Below are positions 13,600 to 26,599 of a stretch of DNA of 64,000 nucleotides, piece after piece. Under the pieces are notes generated by a model. The model had not been told where the DNA came from. It ran no database searches and worked only from the letters and a program-made list of their open reading frames with translations. A program made the translations under genes and the position numbers. The stretch is from Utricularia gibba. Its lineage: Eukaryota > Plantae > Magnoliophyta. The stretch covers positions 2,604,001 through 2,668,000 of the forward strand of contig CM007990.1 of the NCBI GenBank assembly GCA_002189035.1. The letters are read 5' to 3'. Within the stretch, counting starts at the first letter, position 1. Every line of letters starts with the position of its first letter.

Positions 13600-14330
13600 T
13601 GATACCAATAGATCATATATTTTGTCTCTCATTCATTTTTGGTTGGGATCACTGGACAATTCTCAATACTATAATATAATGCAATAATTACAAGATTTTA
13701 CTTTAAAACAGTTTATATCACTAAACATGTTGAATTTCATTAGTTGATATATCTAAGTTCAAAAAACCTTTACTAACATCTTTCAAGTATTCATTCAAAA
13801 TACTTTTTCTCAAATTTTCTCATTTCTTTCATGAGATCTTACACATTTAATAAAATGTTTAATTTACGTTAAAATCTTTCAACCCTTCTTGAACAATCAA
13901 GTTTAAGATATGAACACATTTTACATGAAAAAATCATCACATAACAATTCATTTTGCATTTGATACCTTTAGTTTAAAATTTTGACCATGTTGTCATCAT
14001 ACATATCATTATTCAATATGATAGAAAAGATTTTAAAGCCTATTCTTAAATCTCTCAATGCTACATGTAATTTTTCAGCCTATAATTCTCTGGTATATGA
14101 AACATCCAATTCCAAAAATGCAAGTAAATTAGAATTGAAATCTCAATTCTCATCAACATAAAACTTGAATAACATACTATTCCAATTCTCTGGTTTTACT
14201 ATTCTTGCACATTGAATTTGAAATTTTATTTTATTTTTTTGTAATGTTTTCTTTGCTAACATACTTTTTAATATCATAAATCCTTAAGAGAATGTGCAAA
14301 AATTTCAAATCATTGATAAGATATATTTAA
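13600..14330 (-). pseudogene. hAT transposase fragment
   Basis: Minus strand YVDEN..NLLAFLELD, KIFSIILNN (TLDNA equivalent) and FHVKC.HILNLIVQEGLK. Confidence 0.7.
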
Positions 14331-15891
14331 TTTAATCTATCTACGAGTGAGTGAGCTATAGAAATTAAGATAAGATGTAAATAAAACATAAGTTATAATA
14401 AAAAATGAAATAGCTGTAATAATAAGATTGATTTTATAATCTCACAAAATAAGAAATGATACTATAACTAACATTTCTAGAACTTTACATAGACACACAA
14501 AGTCAACTTTTAGCAAAGTGGAACATTTTTTTAAACCCACTTTCTAGATTGATTTAAAACTTATCTTTTTGTTTTGTTTCAAGTTTTTTTTTCAAGTCGT
14601 CATTTTTAAGAAAAATAAAATATTCAATACTTTTGTGGAGGATGATTTATTTATTAGGTTGACCTTTCTATATACTTACAGAATTAATATTAATATAAGA
14701 TCACGTATGATAATTACTCTTGCTATTGAATTTTGAAATATATTTTGATCAAATTTCACTTTTATAATTGACATAGTTTGAACATTAAGTTAGATCATAA
14801 AATTTTAGAAATTTTAGACAACTTCAATAATGTATTAAAAATGAGACATACATGGTGTGCCACTACAACTTAATATTTTATATTTATATACCATTAAATT
14901 TATTTTTGATTCTTTCAAAATGATGTTATACTTCGAATTTGGGCTTTTCTGACCTTAATATTAGCAAATTGCAACTCTATTCTTCAAGATTTTTTATATT
15001 CATATTAATAAGTACACAAATAATTAATATAGTAATTTAAAGAACCACATTTAACATTTTGATTACAATCAAAACAATTAAATCACTAAATTAAATCATA
15101 TTCTTACTCCAATTATTATCAAACAGATATATAAATTAAAATTTTTGAGATATAAATATTAAAAAAAGTAAAAATGCTAGGGAGAAAAACAAATATTTTT
15201 TCAAAGCGTATAACGAGATAACTTAATTATACTTCTTTAGTTAAATTGAGAAACTTAAGATCATATATGAGTAAACTTCAAAAAATTATAATTTTTTCAC
15301 TAGGGTTTTAAAATTATAAAAATTTACAATAAATCTAAAAATACCTTTTTTGCTGAAAAATGTTTTAACTTTAAAGTTGAGAAATTGAGAAAAGTACATG
15401 CGTGAGTGATTGATTTAGATGAAATGAGAATGAGATTAAAGGATGGAGATCCCATTGGGCACAATCATGATAACGCAAGTGTGTTATGTGATGCCCACCT
15501 CAAGAATTGTGAGAATAATGAGGATTTGGGCATCTAACATCCTACTATTTAATTTTGGTCCTAAGCCCATTAGGGTTTCCATCGGACCTAAACTTTCATC
15601 TCTGGATTTCACACACAACACGTGTGTGCTATGCACGCACAAAGGATTTGGAAAAGTGGTAGATACTTCAAATTGGGGATTTGGAACAGTGGATGTTGGG
15701 TGTCGGTTGTAGCTCCTTTTGCTCTTTTCGATACCGTTGAGTAGATGGGTGTCTGATATCGTGATGGAATGGATTCCACGGATGCATTTGTGCTTCTGCT
15801 ACTAGAGACAGCAATGGAGGCGTCCACCCATTCTTGTATGATTTGGGGCACACAATTTGGACTCCTCGTAACTGCATCCGTTTTGCCTTAA

Positions 15892-18800
15892 ATGGAACAA
15901 GAGGGAGAGCCAGAGCGAAAGCGCCCACACCTTGACAACAACGATACTCCAATGGCTCGTCGCTCCCATTCTCCTCCACCGGATGACGACAAGCGTGTAC
16001 AGTCGAGCATGCTATTTATTGTGATCACTGGCTTTCTGCCAACCCATGAATTTGTTCACTTAGTTTTAACCAGTGTTGTGGCGTTCGTGGTTCATGCAAT
16101 CCTTTTCCTGGTTGGGTGTATAGTGAGGGTTTTTATTTTCTTATTTGTATCATCTATTTGCTAGTTCATGATTCAAAGCACTCATCTAGAAAGTAATATT
16201 TACATCGAAGCCGGGTTTATTAGGTTACAGTGGTCTCAAGATTATAACTTTGATTCTTAGGTGCTTATCACTGGATTGAATCTGAAAGGATTTTACTAAA
16301 TAAATGGGGAGTTTGTGATTTAGAAACGGAAACCAGAAGTTTTTTCGAATGAAGAGTTTCTTCTTTGTCAACTAGAGGTCTTGCTAACTTTGGGATAGTA
16401 GTCTTGCGTGTCTACTGATTTGTTGTGCAAAAGAAAGGATTTCAACAGATTCGAGGTGATTTGTGATTTTCCTGCTCTGTATGATACTTGTAGCAATGTG
16501 GAAAGTGAAATTACCCTAAACCTGTGCCTTGTTTTTTAAATCGTGTTATAAAAATTAGGTTTTCATAGAAACACTGTTTGAAGCTAGAATCTACATGTCA
16601 CTGGGGTTAAAATCGTTGGATAAACAATTAGCCACATATATTGGAATACCATAAGTGTTTTGGAAGCTTTATTTTTCTCACTCATTGTGTTACATGATTT
16701 GACTCTATTCTCGCAAGAATGCATGTTGCTGATCATAATGAACGGGGGTTTCACCCCAATAAAAGAGACTTTGTGTATCAACCATGTGTTTCATCCAATC
16801 AGCATATAAGTAATCATATTGCTTCTGGTAATCGGGATTATTATGAATATCTCATTGCATTTGTTATGTTTTTCATCCTATCAGAGTAATGAGATGATGT
16901 TGCTTATTGTAAAATAACCAAAGCTTCTCCTGATGTAGTATCAAAGCAATTATTATGTTTCCTCGTGTAACCAGCAATAACTTTTTTCTGTTTTTTTTTT
17001 TTCTGATAGGCTGATGCTACGCTTCTTCAGCACCAGAACCAGATGCTTGTGCAGCAGTTTGATGCTCAAAAGCAAGAGTTACATGATCTTGAATCCAAAA
17101 TCTTGGATTTGCAAGGGAAGCAAATGTCATATGATGGAGTACTTATTAGAATCAATAAAATGTGGACTGAGGTTACATGCTACATATACTTTTTTGTTTT
17201 AATTTTATTGCTGCCACATGCGTTTATTAATCATAACAAGTCAGTGTGTAAAATCTGTGTAGTTGATTGATGACATTATTCTATTTGCTGGTCAAGCGGG
17301 TGCTAGTCCAAGTCGTCTTCAATGCTTGGATAATGCTGAATCTTCTAGGGGTGATCTTTTAAAAACTTATATTGGCCTCTATTGCATTCACATAAACAGA
17401 TTTAAATACTTCTAGTCTTTTATGATGCTGACAACAATTTAGTATCGATTCCATTGTGTCCTGTGGAGGACATATTTCTATGTAGGTTACTTGAAGTTGA
17501 TAGTTTCAATGTCGGAAAGGAAAGTACGCTGATTTTACAAGTCAAAGAGGCTCTTGAATTACGTCATAATTCGACAAGGAAATTGGTGAAACTGCTTGAA
17601 GACGCTTTTCGTTCTCAAAGAACTAAATTTGATCAACTGGCTCAGATATTGCTGGAGAATCTATCTGCAGAAGGTTCTGAATTCCAGACATTTGCAGTAG
17701 AAACTTTGCATGGATTGTTCTTCCATCTCTGCTTATGCATTCCATTAATACCTTTTTCTCTATAATAAATTGGCTGGTTTTCCAGATGCTTCTCGCCAAT
17801 TGCATAATCTTGATCATTTGATGAAGGAGGAGATAAGACACCTGCATGATGTCATGCATATGATTTCTTCTAAATGCAAGCTATTTGCTGATGAGATTCA
17901 TCTCATCATCAGCAACCATTCTATTGATCAGTTAGAGATACAACGCCTCAGTGGTACTGGACGTCTTCCCTTGTGTGCTAAAGTATTGTTTGCTACATAA
18001 CCACAGCAGTTTTCTTACTTGACTCATTTCTCAGTATGTGTTTAATTTTAATTTCTGCTCTGGTTCTAGGAGAGCTTGAAGAAACATTAATGGATCTTGA
18101 AGAAAGTAGAAGAAAATTAGTGAACATGAAAATGCAAAAGGATGCAGCTCCTGGGATGCATGTTCCAATTCCTATTCCTATACTTCCTACTGCATCGAAT
18201 GGAACTGTCTCTCCTGAGAAGCCTGCAGAAAAGATGAAATGCTTACGAGAATTGAAGGAATCTGTTCAGGAGATGAAGGTTTCTATCCACTCAATTAGAT
18301 TTCCTTTCTTCAATATGATGCCTCCATAGTGCGAAGTGTGTTGGTTAGAATTATTATTTTAATTGAATATGATCTAGGCTTTGGCAGAAGATCGCCTTTC
18401 TGAACTTCAAGATTATCAGGAGGATAATGCAGTCCTGTCTAAGCAGCTACAGGACCTTCAGGTTGCAAAGTGCTGTTAATTAATTGTGGATTCGATATTA
18501 TTAATTAGTATATTCTGATTCTATATACAACAATTTAGAATGAGCTGAATGAAGACAAGTATGTCACTGCATCCCGCCCTTACTCCTTGCTGAATGATCA
18601 GCTTCGGCACTGGACTACAGAGTCCGAACGTCATAAAAATATAGCAGAATCTTTGCAGGTATACATATATCCTTTTTAGGATTTATTTAACTTAAATTTC
18701 AATTGTGAAGTCAATCAAAACTGTAGGCTGAAAGGCCTATCATCATGCGAAGAGAGAAAGATGTAATTCAGAAATTAGAAGGGGTGGATGCTGCAAAATC

Positions 18801-21424
18801 TGCAATTTGTAGCTCTGAGTTAAGGGTTGAAGAAATAAACAAGCTACTTCATGTCTGTGTTACTGAGAAAAATGAGATGGAGAGGATATTGGAAGAAACT
18901 GCACAGGATTCAGGTTGGTGGGCACTCATTAAATTTTCAAATTCCACATTGCTGCTGAAGTCCTTGTGGTGAGCGTTATGTCTTTTTCAGAGAGGAGAGA
19001 CATCAAAGAGGAGTTTCACGTGATGGCATCAGCTTTGTTGAAGGAGATGGGGATGATGGAAAGTCAGGTAACAAAGTGGAAAGGCAAAGCTGATGAGGCA
19101 ACTTCCTTGAAGGAGAAAGTCCAGTCACTGAAGGTCCTACTTGATGCAAAGGTAAGCTGAATGCAAATTAGTTTTCTTTTAATAAAAAATGAAAAAAAGT
19201 TCTCAAGTCTTTACGCTTCGTTGGGTGAAATATATTGCAAAAAGTAAAACTAGCTTGCAGAGGTTATTTAAGGTTTTCATCAGGAGAGTTACTGTTGTGC
19301 AGGCTCTCCAGTTTCTGTTTATTTTCTTTGGTGTTCTTTTTCTTTTAGCTGTGATGGTGCAGTTCAGTGGCTTTGATATTATCTTTTTCATTTCTATCTT
19401 GCTTGCATTTGTTGGTGTGCTGTTTCAATGATTTTCTTCTGAAATCATACCCTTTGTTGTCAGACCAAAGAATTGCTGACTTCAGCTGATGATTGTGCTC
19501 AGTTGATGGAGGAGATCAAGCGTATGACCAATATTGTATGTTTTGTTTAACATTTATATGTTTTTATTTAATTTTCTGAGATTTTGTATTATTCTCCACC
19601 TTTATGCATTTCATGCAGGCTGAGAAAATGCAGAAGGAAAAAAAAGAGCTAGAAATTTTCATGGATATGGTGAACATGGAAATATACAATAAAAGGTAGC
19701 TTCCAGACCTTTCTTCAAAACATTTCCTGATATCTTGGAACTAGCCAGTGTTATTTGTAGGTCCTCTTTGCTTTTAATTATATTGCTCAAATTGTGCAAC
19801 AGCGCATTTGGTTCCATTGATAAAAGTTGCAAAATTTTTGTGAGGGTAGAGATTTGGCAGTGATCAAAGAATCAGAAAGGCAAGCTCATGCGCAGGCTGA
19901 AACTTTGAGTACTGCTCTGGATGAGCATAGTTTAGAATTCAGAGTGAGGGCAGCTCATGAGGCTGAGGCAGTGTGCGAGCATCGGCTTTCTGTTGCTGAA
20001 GCTGAGATAGCAGAACTAAGGGCCCAGCTAGACACTTCAGATAGGTGAGTGTGTCCTTTCTCTTCTTGGCTCATTCATGCTCTATTTTCTTTGGTAGAAA
20101 TTCAAGATTTACAGAAGGTAATGTAGTACTTGTGCTTGTGCAGAGACGTTTTAGAGTTGGAGGAAGCAATCAAAATCAAAGAAGAGGAGGCAGAGTCATA
20201 TATATCTGAGATTGAGGTGATGACAACCTTGATATCTGATATATTAGATGCCATGTTGCATTTTTCTTATCATTTAAAGCAAAAAGTTCAGACTATTGGT
20301 CAAGCTTATGAAGACATGCTGACCCAGAACCAGCATTTACTCCAGCAAATGACTGAGAGGAACGAGCATAATATAAAGGTGATGCATGACAAGTTGTTTT
20401 GCTTCATCATATTCATATCACTTTATCTCACCTTGACTTATTTGATTCCATGCAGCTAGTTTCCGATAGCGTAAAAGCTAAGCAATCACAAAACAAATTA
20501 CTACTGGAGAAGCAAGGTTTAGAAGATCGTCTTCAACAGCTTAATGTATCTCTTGAAACTCTTAAGATAAGGATAGCTCAAAATGAGGAGCAGGTAGTTC
20601 ACTTTGGAATTCGTCCTTGTCAAATTTCAGCACTGAATCATGGTTAAACCTGCAGACGAAGCTCCATCACTTAGAACTACCTAGCTGCATCCAAGAAGAA
20701 AAGCACCTGGCATTGAAACTTGAATATGCAAAGTGGGAATTAGCAGATGCAGAGAAGGAACTTAAGATGTTAAAATCAGCTGTATCAGTTTCAGAGAAAG
20801 AGCATGAGCAGATACAACGAAAACTTGATGATATTAAAAGGGAACTAGAAAATGAAAGGTAGTATAATCCCAGGTTCTTTCAGGAGCGAACTGCATAAAA
20901 GATATATTGATGCTAACTGAAAATTGTGTGCAGAGTTGAGCGGATGAAGCTTGAAGATGAAGTGATGGAGATGAACAGAACGGTTGATGAACTGACTTCA
21001 AAAACTAACGAGGCTGCAGTGCAAAAGCTCCAGGATGAGATAAAAGATTGCAAAGCTGTACTCAAGTGTGGTGTCTGCTCTGATCGGCCCAAGGAGGTAT
21101 CTCGCTTTGAATGCCATCACATTTCCTTTCCATCTTCAAAAAATCAACAAGTTACTGCCTTTGCTAATATGAATTCAAGTTTTAAACCAAGGGTGCGTAT
21201 ATGGTGCAAGGGGATATTGTTTTTGCTGATTCAAATTTGGATTTGAGGGGGGATGAAGATCAGCCAGTCTAATGCTACTCTCTTGTTGGCAGGTTGTGAT
21301 AGTGAAATGCTTTCATCTCTTCTGCAACCAGTGCATACAGAGAAATCTAGAAACCCGCCGCCGCCGCTGTCCTGTTTGCGGTATGGCCTTTGGCCAGAAT
21401 GACGTTCGATTGGTAAAGATTTGA
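15892..21424 (+). CDS. HUB2: E3 ubiquitin-protein ligase BRE1-like 2 (histone H2B monoubiquitination), 884 aa, 19 exons
   Basis: Exons 15892-15996, 17010-17171, 17263-17350, 17443-17673, 17786-17953, 18070-18278, 18378-18461, 18539-18658, 18727-18913, 18991-19151, 19464-19535, 19619-19695, 19850-20044, 20144-20216, 20292-20378, 20456-20593, 20656-20858, 20934-21096, 21293-21424. All GT-AG with consistent phases, total 2655 nt. Coiled coils plus C3HC4 RING CGVCSDRPKEVVIVKCFHLFCNQC...CPVC. FLCRLL, TIGQAYED and QNQHLLQQ match HUB2 rather than HUB1. Confidence 0.93.
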
Positions 21425-22999
21425 GCGGAGCCGAGCTGATGTGCATGACATGTGTGCGGGAGAATCGCCTGAATGTGGATTCTCGAAACGTGAGGAATGT
21501 ACGTATGTACTATTTTGACTTGTGCCTTTTGGTTACTTGGTGGGCCTATTAGTGTACCATTGTGTTTGGTGGGTTGATTTGGTTTTGTTGTGGCATTTAG
21601 AGGTGCATGCTTACCATGATACTCCTTTTGAACCCATCATTACTGATTTTAATCGTAAAATTCAATTCTCGGAAAAAAATGAAAGGTTTTAAGAGAATGA
21701 GATGTTTCGAGATGGGGGTGGGTTGCTTTGATGACTAGAAATCTAGAGCAAGAAGCGCATTCAGAAAATGAGATGCTTAGAAAAGAGGCTGCTTTGCTTT
21801 GATGACAACAGCGTCAAACATATCAAAAACTCTTGACTATATCCAATTGAAGGCAAGAATCCTCATATGGACAAGGAAAGCCTGCTTTTGAAGAAAGAAA
21901 GGTGTGTCTTGATACCATGCAAGAGCTACACAGCTATCAAAATATTGTCGGTAGCATCCTGACAAGTGAAAAGTGCGTAATACTTGCAAAAGACAAAACC
22001 AGGACAAAAAGAAGAGTAGTCTACCGAGTAAGAAAAGGAAATATGTAGATATTGAGATGGGTTTAATGACCACTCATGAAAAAAAATAAAAATAAAGAGT
22101 GGCTTTGTAGAAATGCAATATCAAAAGTGTTATTGAGTCACGAAGCAATGGACATCGTTCAATTCCTAGGGGTCAAGGGCAAAGCCATGTTCCAGAACAC
22201 CAAGTGCAATAATAAGAGGGAAAGTTGGCTCGATGAGATTCATTATACCACCCAACCAATGCAGAAGCCTCCCTTGAGAGGAAATAGATTCACTGAGGCT
22301 ATTTACTTGCTCAACAATGGGAATGAGATATTATCTACCTAAAACACACTCCATGTCTCTAAAGGACCTTTTTGGAAGTAGGGTTGTATACCATACCATC
22401 ACCCCAAGAGAAAACGGTGAAAAGTATGCTATTAAAAAATAAGAAAGAATACAAGTAGATGAGGGACAAAGAAAAGAGGCTACGGATCTCCTTCTCATTG
22501 AAGATTCCACCAGAGTTCTTATAACATTTTTTTGAGCTTTTTCAAATTTTTAGTGGATTTGCTTTCATGGTATGTGAAGCACCCTCTATTTTTCACACTT
22601 TTTTAGATTACTATTTCTACATGTCATTTATTCGCTTTCTTCAACCATTAGTTTGATTTAATGTTACAAAAATCGACCAACCCATAATACTAGAAAGTAT
22701 TATTAGAGGAAAAATCCAACTAATAGTGAAAAATGACCTTTTACCTATTGGAAATGTGGGCCATGCTTCAAATGTGTCTCAAAATTTGATAAGGTGAGGC
22801 CAATTAAATCGGTTTTCTAGTCAACTACGTGATGATGGAGTTCAAGTGAAATTACTTGGAAAGAAGCAATCATTAATAGCTAAAATCGTGAACAGCATAT
22901 TTAAGATCAAAATCTCTAATCATCCCATGTGCCTCTGACAATTGATGGAGGAAGCTAGGTTTGAACAATACTATACTACAAAGTTCTATATAAACAACA

Positions 23000-23440
23000 A
23001 TGCTCTCACATTGTCACGTGGGAATGATATGATTTTTGGGTAGCATCGCATGAAGGCTAGAGCAAGATTGAACAAAGGGTTTACCACAAAGGCTAGAGAT
23101 ACCCCAAAGGGAGATGCTTAGCCCCCATTTGAGTGAGCTTCTTAGGCTCCTACGAAGGATTGACCTCACGGCTATGTCACGCAATGAACCACCTACTAGT
23201 GGAGTCGGGCTTGATAAGGAATTGAAGATGACAATGAGACCTTAACACCCGGGAAAAGGTGAGGTTGTCATCTCCATTATTCTTTCGAGATTCAAAGTGC
23301 TAAGAATACTAGTTTTCGATAATGGTACCCAATTCATTGATTCACAAGTTGAGGAATTTCTATGACTGAATAAGAATCTGCTATAGCTATTCCTTTGCCT
23401 CTCACCCTAAACAAACAGGCTAGTAGAGAATTCAAATAAA
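23000..23440 (+). mobile_element. Gypsy integrase fragment
   Basis: FRFKVLRILVFDNGTQFID and a degenerate HPQTN-like motif at 23280-23420. Confidence 0.6.
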
Positions 23441-23444
23441 AACT

Positions 23445-26400
23445 TGATGTGTTGCTGGGTTTTTGAACAGGTTACTGGTAGAGAAGAGTAAGAACAAGGG
23501 GGAAATTCATCTGGATTATCCATGATGGGAGGAGAAACAAGTCTCTTGATTTTCCTAAAGCTACTCTTATCATTCCAATGTCTTTCATGTATAAGATCCC
23601 TTTCAAAAGACAACATTAGATCCTATTTCGAGGTTGGTTGCTTCTTCCTCCTAGTGTAGACATTATCTTGTAAGGAGCGCTAGTTCATTATCTTGTCTAC
23701 TCTTGAAAAACGGACTAGTGGTAATAAATGGAGGATGCTGGTTAACTCATAATTTCCAATCACTAGTGGAACTTGTTCGCAAAGTCCAGGACAGTGGAGT
23801 GATTCCCCGTATGCTACCATAGCCCTCATCCTCTTTGTACGAGAGATGGGTAGCCTCAACTTCTACATTGATGAACAATAAATTTGTAAATGTCACGGTC
23901 TAGCATATTCAATGCATCAAAATAAATTTATAAACTTAGTTATTCTTCTACACAAATCATGAAAATCAATGTAGTGTGGTAAGCAATGGTCATATCAACA
24001 GGGAGTGATTGCAATTTCTTGATGTCCTTTACATTTACTAAAAATAAGGAGGATTTCTAGGAGTTCAGTTCTTACATGCATAAGACATCAAATGATTGTA
24101 AATATCTTGAACGTGTTGCAAGGCTAAAAGAGTGCAAGAAATGTCGTGAATGCTTATACAATGCAAAAGGGAAGTGATTTGGTTGTGTTTTATACCAACA
24201 TCTAGCTCTTGTGTCAATCAAAAGAGTCCTTAGGATTAAATCTAGCTTTTTCACACCTAGATGCAAAAGAAAGAGTTGTAGGAACAGTTGCCATATTAAA
24301 CTCAAAAAAACTAAAGATCGAAAAACTCAAAAAGAAACAGGTTCATAAGCTAACATAACGTTTATAGAAAGTTTCTCATTCATAACTAAACACTAGAATC
24401 TCAAGGAAAACATAAAAAACACAGAACCATGTTCATGGCCCTAAACAGTAAAGTGAAAAGAAAAATAAAGTGTTAATCGGTTACAAATGGTTGTAGATCT
24501 GTTGAATCTGAAATTTTGGGTGGTAAATCTACTTTGGAAATGTAGATCGGGAAATTGCTGGAGCTATTCGCATAAGAACCACTATTCTCTTGGCTTCTCT
24601 GTTCCTCCCGATGCTCACTTCTCTCTCCTCCTTCCTCTTTTCTTTTCCCACTCAAAGAAAGAGCATCCCCATCTTTTCCATGAGGTTTTAGAAAGAAAAT
24701 CTCTACTCTATATCTTCTCTTTTTAAAGATCGGCTGCTTTCAACTAAACGCCACTTTTCCTCAGTTTTTTGTTCCCTTTAAAATTTCAATGTAGAGAATG
24801 CACTTTGAATACTAACTCCTATCATATTAAGATTTAGACACGTATTAGAGGACATTAGAGTTTTCGGCTCAATTATTACCAATAGAGCCTATTTTTACAA
24901 TAAACACATTCATATCAATTAAATGTACAAAAAGAAACACTTAAGCATACTAAACGACATTTTACCATACTAAACATCCTTAAAAACATATAGGAAAATA
25001 CAATACAAATGGTGTTATTGTATGCCATGGCTTCCTACAAAAACCTATGAGAACTCCCTAAATCTACCAAGAACAAGAAGGGATGATCTCCCATACTATC
25101 TTCTATGAGCATCAGTTGTTCAGTGGAAGATCGTTTCAATTGTCCAGTGAGGGCATTGAGTGAACTCATTGTTCGTCTACCTCATTGTCATTTTCCGTGA
25201 ACTCAATTAAGAAAAGTTTCTTACATTAATCTCCTAGAACAAGAATTTCATCGCAATGACAATAGAGATTTTTAGACTTCCTTTCCTCAAACTCCTTTTG
25301 AGGTAGATGCTTAACAGGAGGGATAGACTCCTTATGGTCATAAGGTTGTTTTCCATCAGATTGATCCCTTTTAGCTTCCACATTTTCTCTTCATCTCCAC
25401 TATTGTCATTCATACTAAGTTGCTCATCTTGCTTTCACATAACATGGTTGTGAGACTAATGCCATCTATTGTGGTTAGGAGGTTTTGTAGTTTGACCAAC
25501 ATCGAGATTTGCAATGGTAGATCACTTAGACAGATTAGCATCTCATGTTCCATGTGTAGGTTCTCTATGCTAAGGGCAGTCTCCTCATTGCTGTCAAATG
25601 AGTCAATTGTTTGAGTGCTAAGCCTCGGTGTCACAGTCCAAATCTTAAGTTACATTGCTGTTTGAAGCTCATCCAAATTAAGCTCGGCTTGTCCCTTTTG
25701 AGCTTCATAAACCAGCTTTGTACAACACCTAGTTGCATTGCCACTACTCATAGCTTATCATCTTCCAATGTTTGATGGTACTCGAAGAAGTGTTCACAAT
25801 GATGAATCCATCCTAATGGGCTGGATGTTTCGTTGAACTTGAGAATTTCCAATTTCATTGTTTTAGCGGTCGTCTTTGTGGGTCTTGACGTTGTGACAAA
25901 ACAATGTATTGGCTGCTGCTTGGTTTTACTACTTGCAAATTCCTTAGTATTGTATTCTAGGTTTTCCAAGTGTTTTTCCATGTCTCTAGTGTGCTATTCC
26001 ATTTGTTGTTGCATTTGTTTCAGGTCAATCAGTAGTTCTTCCATCTGTAGAATTGAGAGTGGCTCTGATACCAAGTTGTTATGTTGCAGGATTTTTCAAC
26101 AGGTTATTGGTCGAGAAGAGTAAGAAAAAGGGGGAAATTCATTTAGATTATCCAAGATAGGAGGAGAACTTCCTAGCTTTCTCTTTCTACCTCTGTTGAA
26201 AGAAGAAAATAAGTATGTTAATTTTCCAAAAGCTATTCATTCCTACTATTCAGATGTCTTTCATATACAATATCACTTTCAAAAGATAACATTAGACCTT
26301 ACTTCGAGGTTGGTTGCTTCTTCCTCCTAGTGTAGACCTTGTCTTGTAGGCAGCTCTGGTTGCTTATTTTATCTACTCCCTCAAGTGTTATCAACTTTTC

Positions 26401-26504
26401 TAGGCTATGCCTTTGTCTCTCCTACTTCCTGCTCAGTGTGCATGATGTTTCTCGTTGGGGTTAGGATGATGTTGTTGCTATCGTGCTTTCTAGCATTCAT
26501 CACA
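23445..26504 (-). mobile_element. Internally deleted chromovirus-like gypsy element with TSD AAACT
   Basis: 5' LTR 26077-26504; tRNA-Met PBS TGGTATCAGAGC (26062-26073); gag MKLEILKFN..SPLGWIHHCEHFFEYH (25748-25981); protease FLVDLGSSH (about 25040-25080); partial 3' LTR from 23445; AAACT at 23440-23444 and 26505-26509. Confidence 0.8.
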
Positions 26505-26599
26505 AAACTTTCTTGAATGTTAAGAAAAAATTGGTGGACCTAGAAAGTAATTGGGTAGACTTGTTGCTACAAGTTTTGTAGAGATACAAAACTACCATG

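Noticed and set aside
15668-15979. Antisense ORF MEENGSDEPL... overlapping HUB2 exon 1 and superficially like HUB2 N-termini
   Set aside because: Similarity ends after about 10 residues; the sense exon splices correctly into the rest of the gene; likely chance.
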